Source of the DNA: Trichoplax adhaerens
Taxonomy: Eukaryota; Animalia; Placozoa
Length of the DNA stretch: 64,000 nt
Assembly (NCBI RefSeq): GCF_000150275.1
Contig: NW_002060946.1
Coordinates: 1,450,202 to 1,514,201, forward strand
Reading direction: 5' to 3'
Within the stretch, counting starts at the first letter, position 1, and every line of letters begins with the position of its first letter. A program made the translations under genes and the position numbers. The notes below the pieces were generated by a model. The model searched no databases and was not told the origin of the DNA. It worked only from the letters and a program-made list of their open reading frames with translations. Below, one piece after another: positions 1-15,221 of the stretch.

Positions 1-530
1 TAATAAATCGCATAATCGAATACCAGTCCTAAGCGGATAAGCAGTTGCAGTTGATGAAGCAGCAAATCATATGATTAAAATTTTAAAAATTCCTCCCAGT
101 TTATCATGATGTTAACTATCCTACTGATACACCTTAAGTGACAATTATGTATGCATTAAAGGCTACCTATATAATTACTTGCTAGCTTGCTAACAGACCA
201 GTAATATGATCATAATATTAAATTACGAGGAAGTTCTGGACGAGATGCGTAGTGTTCAATTCGAACTTTATCAACACTGATCGCACATTAGATTTAGTTG
301 ACTAGGTTGCAATGTATCAGCATTCTGACATTTAAAACATTTACATTATTATGCAAACCTTCGCACTTTCTGACCTGAAATCGTAAAATACTATCATTGA
401 TCGATATTGCAGTTTATGAACTGACGTCAGATCAACAGTCAATCAGTAAATATAGTTGAAATATGTATAATTTAGCTTGAAATAAATATACAAACAGGGA
501 AATTTATTTTACTGTGCTTGATGTTACCAG

Positions 531-3500
531 GGAAAAAGTTTTAAAATATGGTAGTTGGGGCGTATCTCATACCAGAGCACCAACAGAAACTAGGCCAGCT
601 CATATTGCATTAATCGCTGGCTTTTTTGAGGATATTACTGCCATCAAGAAAGGTAAGGCAATTGAATTATTGTAATGTACTGCATGTGAAAATGTCTTAA
701 ATTGTTACATAGAAACAATAAACGAATACATCGAACTGTGCGTAATGTGTTAATGATTTTTATGAATATTTACAAATATAAAACCGTACTATCAATCAGA
801 TCAAAGATACCCTATTCTTTGTATCGTTACAGGTTGGAAAGAAAATCCAGTCAAATTCGATTCAGTCTTTAATCGAAGTACTCATACATGGTCATGGGGC
901 AGTCCAGATGTTCTACCTATTTTTAATAAAGGTTATTAATTTATTATAAACAGAAAGAACTAATGTAATATTTGATTTGAAACTGCTGGCATAAAAATGT
1001 TATCATACATCCGTCCTGAATGTACTCCCCAGCCGTCCTATTGTAACAGTGAAAACTTAGCACTAACAAACTTACGAATAATTTACTTATAAATATAAAC
1101 TAGCATTAACCTTCATTCTTTAATTTAAACAATGCATATATAACTGAACCCAGCCTACCTTGACTACGTTGAATAACAAGGGCTTTCTACTTCATTGAAT
1201 TTGATCTATGATGATGACTAAAAAGTTTTTACATTTTCTGACTCTCTCTTTATATAAAGGAGCTGCGAAACGAAAGATGACAACGTTTATGTACTCACTA
1301 CCATTCCAAAATTCTGTTTACTATAATGGTATTGTATTGGACAAGTGGGTGATTGAAAACTTCAGAAAGTTTTTTACCCAGGCAAAGTCTAACCAGGCTC
1401 TCAAACGAGCATTGAATCAAGAAGGAATTATGCTATTTTGTCATTTACTTGGAATTGATACTAATGGCCATTACTATAAGCCGTACTCCCAGTATGAACA
1501 TAAGTTGATATTTTAATAATTTTTGGCTTTAGTATTTAATTGTAATTTTCTGCTGTTTCAAGTTTTAACGTTATAATTGGTCCCTAACCTAGGCAATACA
1601 TAGAAAATATTCGTTATGTTGATACTGCAGTCAGGAAGATGGTTAACATTATTGAAGATTTTTTCGGCCATGATGGAAAAACGGCTTTTATTTTTACTTC
1701 AGATCATGGGATGATGGATTCAGGTGAACTAATGCAGTAACGAGAGTGCTAGTTACTATTATAAAATATATGTATTAAAATTCATCTAAATTTAACTTCT
1801 TCAACGCTGTAGGGTCGCATGGTTCTGGTAGAATACAAGAAACGTATTCTCCATTTATAGCGTGGGGAGCCGGAATTGCATGGCCGGTACATCCGAATCC
1901 AATTGATGACTATAATGATCGTTTAGCGAGTGGTATGTTATGAATAAATTGATCGTGCATAAAAGTTTTCATGTTCTACACAGCGTATATTGCTCATGTT
2001 AAAGACAACAATAACTTTTTGCTTTTCGTTTGCACAATCTAGAATGGAAGCTACTGGGTTATAGGAGATTAGACATCAAGCAGGTATATAAATGCAAGTT
2101 TATATTTTATAATTAGTTTTACACATCTTTCAGTAACTGGAAAAATGAAAATGTTCACGCGTTGTTAGTAATTGCTTAGATAATTATTATTGTAGATTGA
2201 TATACCGCCTTTAATGTCGAGCTTGCTTGGAATAGCTATACCGATTAATTCAATGGTAGGTGCACAAACAAACAAATTGGAATACGCAAACAAGAGCTAC
2301 TTTGTAGACATCTCTTATTTGTTATTTGTAGGGAATTTTACCCATTTCGTATCTAAATGCAAGTAAGTCTTATATTGCCGAAAGTACGATTGTTAATGCA
2401 AAACAGCTCGTCGCTCAGTTCGAGGTATAGAAAGAGATAAATATCTTGAGTATAACAAAAAATTTATAATAAGAGAATAGTAACTTTAAGATCCGATCTA
2501 ACAATTATTAATAATAAACACGATTATCGTGGCTATCGTGGCACCAGATGCAAAGAAAAAATAAAAGTGCTGGCACTATATTTCACTTTTTAAGGCATTA
2601 CAGGTACAGTATTGCAAGTTATTGTTATTTCATATTTTGTTGAAATACTTATAACATTTGCATATTTTTGCAAAATTTAGGCCTTTACAAGGTGATACTA
2701 CGGTGAGTACTGTAATTTGCTTTGTAATCGCTACATCTAGGTGACAGAAAAAAATTTTGATTTAACATGTAGTTGCGCAGTATTGACCACCGTCATGCAG
2801 CTGTGTGTACAGTTGATGAACTAGTAAACTAAATTTTAGTTTTCCAGTTATTGATGTATTATGATTAATTATTCATGCAGAGTAAATGGGTTAGTAAGCT
2901 TGAAAATTTACATGAGCATGGTGATTTCGAAGAAGTAGTAAGTAAACTAATATATGTTGGTTGCCATTGATACATGTAAAAGCTAATCACTGACGCTAGA
3001 AATATTTTGCTATTAATCACCTTTACGTATTCTTACAGATAAGATCAAGTAAGACTCTTGCCCGCTTGGCTCTGGAAGGGATAAATTATTACCATACATA
3101 TAATCGAGCAGTAATAAGGTTCAGAAATTAATCGCTTTGATATCGTAAATTGGTATAATCTTTTTGATTACTAGTATCGTAACGACTGTAAAATTATCCT
3201 ATTTTTGTTTATATCTTATTATTATAAATAGTGCATCAGTTATGGCTGGCCTAACTGGCTGGATCATTTATGTCCTACTGTTTATTGTAAAGACATATAC
3301 AAGCCTAGAATCTAGTAGATTAAAGGTAATAACATTGATTCATTATTTTGTGTAGTCCGAAATATTTGAAAGTAATTAATTTATGTGTTCAAACAACTAA
3401 TATTTGTAATTACAGTTAGCTACTGTTAATAAATCTCAAAGTAAGAGGATCAACTTGGTATTTACACTATTTTATGTAGGTGTATTTACAATTTTAATAG

Positions 3501-6500
3501 GTAAGTTAGGTAGTTAATACGGATTCAAGTTTAACTGGTGCATACTAACAATTGATGAATTCAATTTTTTAGTTGAAAAATCCTCTCCTACATATTTTGC
3601 TTACTTCGGTATCCTTTTATTTCTCTGGAATCGGGTCATTAATCAGTTAGTTAATATCTGATAGCAGTCATTGCTATAGCTAATATCCTATATATTCTAT
3701 TAATTATTACATTCTGTTTACTGCTTAGACATGAAAACATATATAATTTGGCAAAATATCTGCTTACAAGTTCTTTATGCTCCAAGGCTATATTTTCCGC
3801 CCTAATTACCATTTTATCTTCCGAATTACTGGTATCTTTAGTACACAGTATTAGATTCTATATTATTAAGCCGAGCACGCCATGTTACTTTGCTTCTTGT
3901 TATAAATTAGGCTATCAGCTTTAACAATCGCCGGACTCTAACACTTGCTTTCATTTGTCTGGGTACAACATATAAGGCTAACAAAATAATCCAATAACAA
4001 TAATGCAGTACAGTATAATAACATCATTTGCATTAATAACTGTAATTATTAAGCTAGCAACATTGATGATGTTTTATTATTAATAAATATCAGCCATAAA
4101 ATACTTAATGGCAAATTACATCAAAAAATTAATTTGATTGATGTAATCGTATTCATTGAAGGTTTTTGGCCTTTAACTACGTCATTAATAAGGAAAGACA
4201 AGGTTAGAAAATGTACCATATAATGATAAATAATGAATTACTCATAAATAACTCTGAAGACCCTAATTTCGATAAAGGATTACAGTGCTTACATCTAATA
4301 ATACGGTTAACAGTTTCTTGTGGGCTACTGGCTGTTATCGTGCATTTCAATTGGGATCTTTCCTTCCCTTCCTCCTATAGAAGGAATAGCTAAATATGGT
4401 TATGTGTAAGTTACTAAAGCTCGTATTACCCGTATAGCATAAGCACTGTATCTTAACGAAAGTATCTATTTAGATTTATGACTGGTGCTGTGACTGGCGT
4501 TATAGGAATTTATCTTTATATTAGGTAATATCGCACAATTAACTTATTAGAATATAATTATACATGCTTGTGAAAGTATGGTAACTCAAATAAATAAAAC
4601 TTTCGTTAGGCACAATCGTGTTAAAAGTTCAATCATCGGTTTTCAGGTATTTACTCAAATGCATAAAATATCATTAGGCTGATTTTTATCCTATAGTATC
4701 TATGTTTATTATGCCATTAACAAGATGACAAGTAACGATTTGACAATGTAATAGAAATGTACAGTTTTAAAGTCAAAAATTATACTTACAATTGATATAT
4801 TAATTTTTCTAACTAGATTTTATTAGCTGTTATTGCTATTTATGTAGTCAATAGCACAGCTAAGGCCAAAGAAGATTACTTCAGGATACCAGTATTGAAT
4901 CTGTACCTTAGTTGGTTTATTTTGGGTAAATTCGTTCAATTCTGGTTACAAATTGCGCGTAACTGTTGTGAATTACTACATATTAATACTGTCGCCCAAC
5001 TTAAACGTGTAATCCTCAGGAACAAGTTGTATTATACCGCTATTGAGCCCTCCAATTCTTCTAGAACGTGTTTGGAGCATATTTTTGTCATTAATGACAA
5101 CGTATATCTTACTTAGTATATCGTATCCATGATCACACAACATTACAGTTTTACTGACTGACTGAGAATAATGTTACATTTATGTTGGTTATTTCCTTGA
5201 CTCACTGCAAGATATGATAGTTTATTTTGCCTTGCGTTATGCAACCTAATGGTTACTTGGGTCAGAATAGAGCAACGATTGTCAAAGTATACGCCTCGAT
5301 TGGTCAGTAATATCTTCGATTCGTTGATTATTCTGATTAAATTGGTAATATTCCAACCTATATTTTGTAGTTAACGTCGATCTTTTTCGAAAATGGCACA
5401 CCTAAGACTATGAAAAAATTACTTGATCATGGTAAATATACGCGACAATAATCTGGTTAACAACTGACATATCATTATTGATACCGTAATACTCTACTTT
5501 TAGACGTCGAAAACTTTAAAAAACTGCAAATGTCACATCTAAGAATTGCGATACTTTTTGTAAGTAAAACATGGTGGTATAGACCACTTTGAAAGTCAAT
5601 TGTGATTGTATTTAATTTCAACGTTCTAATTAATATGTATTATCCGTAAAAACATTAGCTCTTATTTACTACTACGGCCTTTTTTGGCATAACAAACATT
5701 GGCAGTTTAAATAGGTAAAGGCTTTGCATGTATGCATCTTCGCAGTGTGTTTGTTAACATCCGTAAATTTGAACTCAAGTTCAATTTATAAACTTTATGG
5801 ATATCAATTTTTATTTTGCGATTGTTTTCTACAGTACAAAGAAATGTAATCGGTTTTATGGGATACTTTTATTGTTATTTTTGATGAATTTAGCCTCGAT
5901 CCTGCACCCACATATTGCTTTCTTGTCGTATATACTCCTTTAGCAAAGGTCATATTGTATATTTGCAAGGTAAATAATATGATTTCAAATTATCAAAAAT
6001 GGCATATTTGCCTATCTTTATATTTAATCAAGTTTCTCAACTTGTAACTAATAACGTTTATGTGATTATGATAATAGATATCGATTCCTTTTGTATTGAT
6101 AATCGCCGCTGTACGTAGCTTACAACTGTCTCTTCAATTCAGCTTAAAATGGTGATTATAGATCTTGACTGTACATTGCAGATAATTCGAATTTGGCGTT
6201 ATAATGTGATCCAGTTATGCTAATTTTAAAGTATTTACAGCTTAAATGGGCTTTAAACATTAATCTGATTGAAATTTATTTCTTATTTACAGCATATTTC
6301 TAATAATGGTCTGTTTAACTGACATAATATCAATGGTGAGTACGATAATGCTAATCCAATATGTAGTGGTAACCATAATTGCTTGCATTAAATTACTATT
6401 TACTCCAGCAATAAGGTCGAATAGAATCAATGAGACACTTCTTAATAACATCATATGCTTTATTAACATTAGCATCAGTTTTTACATGTATCGGATCAAG

Positions 6501-6770
6501 GAAGCTGGGTCGAAATTGGAACTAGGTACAATTTTTTATTTATTTAAACACCTCCCACATCATATATAGGACAAAATAACAGCCTTTCCAGAATTATCAC
6601 GGGTTGCCTTTATAAGATAAGACTTATATTTACTTTCTTGTTTCAGCATTGCTCATTACCTTATAGCAATGGTCGTGATGGCAGCTTTGATCATGTTGTC
6701 TGGTTTAACAAATATTCTACTTTCTTACTCTCCGTACTATCGAAAAATTCATATTGATAATCTATTGTAA
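531..6770 (+). CDS. PIGN: GPI ethanolamine phosphate transferase 1 (PIG-N/Mcd4), multi-exon, 5' exons not located
   Basis: Spliced exons translate to PIG-N motifs [86 protein letters not shown] and [18 protein letters not shown] hydrophobic C-terminal half ends SIAHYL...IDNLL* (TAA 6768-6770). Confidence 0.93.
5123..5211 (+). other. U12-type (minor spliceosome) GT-AG intron in PIGN
   Basis: Donor GTATCCAT, branch site TTCCTTGAC at 5193-5201 about 10 nt before the AG, no polypyrimidine tract. Splicing restores [14 protein letters not shown]. Confidence 0.8.
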
Positions 6771-8741
6771 AATAAAGCGAAATATATACTAAATGCAGTG
6801 ACTGAAAGAATAATAGTGGGCGGAACATAATAAAAGCCTGAAGACCATATTTTTTATGGAGGCCTTGATTTTGCTAACCCAATGATACATACAAGGTCAA
6901 ATCTATGTTGCAATTTTAGAAAATGATCGCGTTCGAAAAACTTACTTTATAACTAACCAACATAAATGATAATTTTAACAATGTGTGCCAGGTCATGGAC
7001 CACTAGAGGAAAACCCGGATCGATGCATATGTATATATACACACACTGTACAATCTCTTATTATGCTGCAAGTATGACAAATTTGCTTGTTACCATGATC
7101 TAGGATTACGCTTATTACATAAGTAAAATTAAGCGATTGTTAAAGTAAAGTCGTAAATATACAGTAAACAACAATTACCTTACTAATATGTCGATCAGCT
7201 GTTTACGAAAACATCCAAGAATCTTGTAATAAAGACTACAATTAGCATAACTAATTAAATTTTATGCACTATGTAATAACTACCGTTTTGGAATGAAATT
7301 CCACAGATTTATTTATCTCACATCTGAGGTAACTTTCCGTATGGCATCTATTTGTTAGATGTGACGTGTACTAATACATCTGCTCTATACTTTTTTATAC
7401 TAGTATCACCGTAGAATTTAGACGTTATCCAGTCTGTTGCTACGTAAATATTGACTAAAGACGCGAAAATATTTCGTAGTAAATACATAAAAGATTGTGA
7501 GTCAATTTAAGATCATTTTGACCGTCCCGTTTACTAGTTATTAATATGCAATAGGGAGTAATTAATTACCCGTATTAAAACTTTTGATTCTGTGATAAGA
7601 TAAGTAATAGCGTATTGCTGATAGTCGCTTTATAACACTCGAAGTAGTGAAATTACTAGTTATATAAATTGAAGATTGATAAATCTAGATTTACGTAAAA
7701 ATTTGAAAGATTGTATGCATATTACCGTTAAATACACCTAAATGTAGAATACCAATGCGTGATTAATTTTAATTTATCATATCCACAATCTATATGTTGC
7801 AGCTATAGCTTGTTATGGCTGGCCAATTTCATACGAATTCCTATAAATAAGTACTTTCATAAAATGTTTGTAATTATACGATTGTGAAAGGCTAATGTAC
7901 GTGTATCTATACTCGTATATTTGAGACTATATCTAATATGGATTTACGTGTGTACAAGCTATTAAATCGTAACCAAACAGTAGTTTGTAGTCTGTACCTC
8001 TTTCAGGATTGGTCAATAACTGTACTTTATTAACTTAAGTACGTTATCGACGACGACCTTGGTGTGTGAACTTACAACGTCACAAATACGGTACGTATGC
8101 ATGAGATAGAATCAAATATGCAAAATATGCACAACTGTGGGCTATAAATGATCAAATCTAAATTGACGCACAGTGTAAGTATGAATATATGGCCCATCCC
8201 GCCATAGAATACTGGGTTATATTCAAAGCATCACAATGGAATTATCATAATGAAACTGTTTAATGTGCAGTAGTTGAAAATACAAATATATACGCTGACA
8301 ATTCAGTTCAATTTATAATTATAATCATTGTTATACGTAATTTCTACGAGTATGGTTGCGCATATGAGTTATGTATACATCATACGTAAAGAAATTTTAC
8401 AGCTGCAGCATATAAATTACTGCAGATGGCATGCAAGTTAAATGTAGATTTACAATACCACTCATGTTATAAATCTTGATAGAGCCACGCTATGTTATGC
8501 AAAATGTTTGAGCAGAGAGCAATGTAACTACATCGCATTAGCGTATTTCATTTTATGCTATTAGAAAGGATAGAGTTATACATTACATTTATCCTATTTA
8601 TCTCAAATATTATCAAGTACGTATACTTCAGTACATAATAAAATACAATAAATGAGATCATTAATTAATACTGGAAACAAAACGCCACACTTATTTTGAC
8701 GCATGACAGCAAAGTAGAGTACAATAGAATTATTGTGAAAG

Positions 8742-10441
<1,700 letters not shown>

Positions 10442-10599
10442 GGTAAAGAATATCGGTCTCAATCTAATGTTTACAACATGAGCTCGTTAGTCATCGTCGA
10501 GGTTACAATAACGTTATTGTATCTAATAACAATCAGTGGTAGGTACGCTAACTTTTAATGGTTACAACAGGAGTAATAAAGCGCTCAAGGATCATCATT

Positions 10600-11390
10600 A
10601 TCTTAGGCAAAAGGATAGAATTTAAACTTTCATAAAGTAATGTTAAGCTTTGTAGATTGATACTGATACTGTCAAGTAGCTAAAATAACGATTCAAATAC
10701 ACACTGGTGTACAGTACAACCGTAAAGATTAAAAATTCAATTCATAACTTCTAGTACTGTATTGCATTCTATAACGATCCGTGGTGGATATATTGACTTT
10801 ACCATTGTTACAGTCGACGGAATAAAGGCATCGATGGCTACTACCTTGACTACCTTGGAAATAGGATAGAATTTCCACTTGCATACAGTAACCAAGCAAC
10901 CTTAAGCTTTCTCGATTGATACTGTACTACACAAGTGTAAACATTATCCATGCGATTTATGATTCAGATTTGAAATTCAACAACTTATTGCTTCGCTAAA
11001 TCGAAATGGATGATTCGCGAATCCGATAATGGAACTTTCTTAGTGGTAATGTTAGCAAGTAGAAAGCCTTAAAAGGATGACTACGACCTTGGTAGCAGGA
11101 TAGTTCGAATACTAAAATACGTACTATACAAGTGTAAAGCATTATGTAGGCGATTGATGAAAAAGATTTAGAGTTGAAATACGCGTATTCTAATTTATTG
11201 CTTGGCTAATGTCAATTGACGGACGATCCATGGACATTCTATTTTGAGTCTCTTTTTTAATGGTGAAAGTAGAAAGAATAAAAGCCTTCCCTGACTACTA
11301 CTACTACCTTGATACCAGGGGATACGCTTTCAACTCGCATGGCAGTACAGTAAGGTTAAGCTTTCTACCGTAGCAATATTGATACCAATC
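10600..11390. repeat. Degenerate tandem array, about 4 copies, period about 220-240 bp
   Basis: Blocks gactac(g/t)accttg, aggatag, ttaagcttt, ttgatac and acaagtgtaaa recur at about 10611, 10823, 11062 and 11280. Confidence 0.65.
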
Positions 11391-12068
11391 CAGAATTAAT
11401 TTGATGATAATCGTAAGTGGATCCAATGATAAAGGGTCAATTCTACCAACGACCTAAGCTACCGTTGAATGCTGCATGTCATGGATGAAGGTAAGATTTA
11501 AAGTTATTCAATCCCTTACTTTGCCGTCCAAAGATTTCAATTTCTATCCAACCAATTTGAGCGAAACGAGTGGATATTCACTTTCTTGTATCACAAGGAG
11601 ACGTTGCCTAGAGATGGATAGAAAATGAGATCAAAGTTGGGGGTTCATCATTGGAAAGAAAGAGGAGGAGAAAATGCAAGTTGGAATAACCTTTTGCAAA
11701 GCCAAGAAGAATCGACGATCGAACTTGTACAATCAATCAGCCTACAGTAAATTGAGGATACTACACTAACCAATTTCTCTATCGCAGGCTAACAGTGCCA
11801 AAATGGATCACAAGAGAAATGATGGAAGAGACGACGATGATGGCGAAGAGAGATTTTCTGTTGGAATGATAGCGAACGTCCGCGACTTTCAAGTAACGTC
11901 AGGGGAATGCGTGAAGTGTTGTAGTGTCAGTTTTCAAAATGACGTTGGTAAAGCAGTGAACGGGTCGACTGGTTGTAGCTGGAAACACTCCTGTCTACAC
12001 CAGTATTTTGTATGCAAGTCGACACAGTAGACAGGTTATGTATGCAATACAAGAATACAACCACTGAC

Positions 12069-12198
12069 CTGAGAAGTACCTTAAATGCGGCCGCTCAGAT
12101 TCAAATTTGACAGTGAGCCAATCAGATGCAAGACAGTTTGCCAAGTGATTGATGGACGTCTTGTACCGGTCCCAATAGTGGTCTCGGAAATCTATTGG
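12069..12198 (-). promoter_or_regulatory. Putative CDK1 promoter and non-coding first exon: CHR (TTTGAA) plus three CCAAT boxes
   Basis: On the minus strand: CCAAT/ATTGG at 12194-12198, 12172-12176 and 12118-12122, TTTGAA at 12105-12100, then donor CAG|GTCAGT at 12068. An acceptor AG at 10465-10464 lies 22 nt upstream of the CDK1 ATG. Confidence 0.55.
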
Positions 12199-13039
12199 TC
12201 AACAAGTTTCATACTGAATCATCTTGGGAAAAGAAAATTCGTCCTGTGCTGTACCGTACAGTACGCGGCCGTACTGACGGTACAGACAGACGGTCATGGA
12301 CTGTACAGTATTCCCGTATGATCGTCCAGTGTACTGTACACTGTGTACTCTAGAATCTGGCTACAATGGCATCCCTTCCTTCAAAAATCAAAGTTGTATT
12401 CCGTTGAAATTCCTGTAGAATATTAATATTGATGTATATATCTTCTCGTAGAAGGATGTCTCCACAGATATGGGCCTGATTTAACTTACACCACTGCATT
12501 TTCTTAGGGTGCCATCGAAATAAATCAGACTTGTACTTTTAGTAATACTGTAGTGTATAGCGCTTTAACTGCACTGCACACTATGTAGTGCACAGTGTCA
12601 TACCGTACAATTCAGGATGACAGTGCACAACAAAATAGGTGCTTCGATTTTGTTGCAATTTGGACTTGTGAATCACGGCTGTAAACATGGCTGCAAACAA
12701 CGATATTCTTTGTGCTCAAGTTGTCCAACCAATATTGAATAATATACAGTATAGGAAATGGATGGCTGTGATCGATAACATGAGTAGAAACTACTGACTG
12801 TACAGTACAGCAGTGAGACTAGTGGAAGCGAGTTGCAGTACTGTAGACCTGTCCACAATCAAATTGTGAAATTGGTATTGGGAAAATACAGGAGTAATAG
12901 TAAGATTCAGCCATTAATCAATGCTGTTTTATTCGACCAAATACCAAATACTGTTATAACTTTATACATAATTAACCAGTTGAACCCATACTTTGCAGTA
13001 AAACATTTCAGTTTGCAGTACAGTAGTAGTACTGCAAAC

Positions 13040-13727
13040 TAGTATTCTGTAACCCCACTAGTAATGACCTTTATGAGCAAGTCGTTCATGTCAGTGTTAG
13101 TCTACAGTATACTTTATCTTTATTGTACCTTGACTACATTGAATTCATGGAATAAACTCCATGACAAATTCCCAAAATCTGATCATTCTATAGAGGTAAG
13201 AATAATAGGAAAATATTTTTTTCCTCTACCTCTACGATCCTGCAGTACATCATAATCGTTGCACTGTCGTTAACTATTGAAACATCCCGATTCAATCTTG
13301 ACGTCATCTTAATCCAAATTGGAGTTGTGGCTTTTCGTACAAGATAAATAAATAACAAAATTAGATAGAGTGGTACAGTAGAAAGTAGTATTCTGTAACC
13401 CTACTAGTAATGACCTTTATGAGCAAGTCGTTCATGTCAGTGTTAGTCTACAGTATACTTTACCTTATTGTACCTTGACTACATTGAATTCATGGGGAAT
13501 AAACTCGACGACAAATTCCCAAATCTGATCATTCCATAGAGGTAAGAATAATAGGAAAATAGTTTTTTCCTCTACCTCTACGATCCTGCAGTACATCACA
13601 ATCGTTGCACTGTCGTTTACTATTGAAACATCCTGATTCAATCTTGACGTCATAATCTTAATCCAAATTGGAGTTGTGGCTTTTCGTACAAGATAAAAAT
13701 AACAAAATTAGATAGAGTAGTACAGTA
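13040..13727. repeat. Tandem duplication, 2 x about 346 bp, high identity
   Basis: tagtattctgtaaccc..gatagagt(g/a)gtacagta occurs at 13040-13380 and 13386-13727 with few substitutions and indels. Confidence 0.95.
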
Positions 13728-15221
13728 CAATTCGATCGATGTAGTTAACAGACTGTACTCACATGACTGTATGGCCCATACGGCATGCACACTTGCATAG
13801 TATGCCATTCAGGAGTGTACAAGTCTACAGGACGAGTCTGCATTTATTGGTGTTTACCCCAAACTAATTCAATCATTAACCCCCCCCCAAAAAATAGAAT
13901 ACTAAAAATACTCAAAACACGCCAGTGCGATAGTGGCCAATCTTCTCATGACTGCAACAGCTTGGCTGCTTGAAATCCATCGTATGAATAATTCAAACAT
14001 GATCGTCTTTTCGGCAACTTTGATGGCCACCGATAGCTAAAAGAAATCGCAGTATTCTCCCTCCTGTCCGGTACGGTAGCGGCGACATTGCCAACTAAAA
14101 TTGACGACATCAATCGTTAAGGTATAACACCATACGTTGTTAGATTGTGCGTATGATATGGTTTGCCAATCTGCAGCAGCATTTTTGAATTGATGGAATA
14201 TCGGAATTGATGTACCAATTCACGCATTATTTCTGTTGTTGAATTTGTATGTTACTGCTACTTAACATGGATATACATTGTGTATCAAAAAAGAGATGAT
14301 CCATCGCCCCAAAAAATGACTGAATCAATTTTAATGTAAGGTATTGTGAATACCAGAATCGGTGGACGAAGATTGCCACACAGCTGATCGGTTATATGAC
14401 CTTGTTTTATGTACTTTGTTTCTAATAAGATACTTCAATTACTGACTACAACATTGATAATCGGCCATATTTTCAAGCGAGAATCACTTATTCGCTAACA
14501 AAAGCTCTCATTGCATTCTCCATTCGATCTGGTTAAAATGCAGTAGTAACATGTTTATTCATGGATTAAATGACTACAACGTCACTTTTGATGAATCCAT
14601 TCCCCGACATGATCAGTGTTTAGTCGTCGTCAAAATGAAACCAGTACTGTATTCTTATTGTAGAATTCGAATTCATAATGGATGATAGATTGGGTAGCTT
14701 AATGAAATAGTACAAGCATTAATAGCGATCAATCCATCTGACAAGCAGGCGATTTCACTTTTATAGCTAATTAAAATAGTCACAGCATCAAGGAAAATAA
14801 ATAAAAATGGCTAACGGACCTTAGCAAAATCCTGCAATACCGTATGAAGTGTAGTCTACTGTAGTACTGTACTGTACAGTGTACACACTTCGATTATAAC
14901 ATCAGGGAGGACAGACATCAATCGAGCTCGTTTTGACAGTTAATCGCCATTTTATCTCATCCATTACTATCTTTCAACAGAAGCTGAATCATCTTCATCA
15001 TTGAAATGTTCACCACTGTTGATTACTTTTGAATCAATCATCCGATCTTTTCAACCCTTTTGATATGCTTGAAATAATGCAGCTAATTGGATTAATATTT
15101 TGCCGGGAAGACGATATGCCTTATACAATACCATACTATACTAGTGCACTCGACAATACCAGTCATGGGAACGAAGTACCACATCAATGGCTTCATGAGT
15201 TGCTGCCAACTTGTACAGTAA

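Noticed and set aside
3832-3910. PIGN intron starting GTATCTTT as a third U12 intron
   Set aside because: No CCTTRAC branch site near the 3' end and an ordinary pyrimidine tract, so probably U2.
6771-8741. Possible ncRNA or tRNA in the PIGN-CDK1 spacer
   Set aside because: No A/B boxes, cloverleaf or snRNA motifs were recognised, and it looks like AT-rich UTR or intergenic DNA.
11803-12030. 75-aa acidic ORF MDHKRNDGRDDDDGEE
   Set aside because: No recognisable family or linked exons, and it lies antisense within the inferred CDK1 5'UTR intron.
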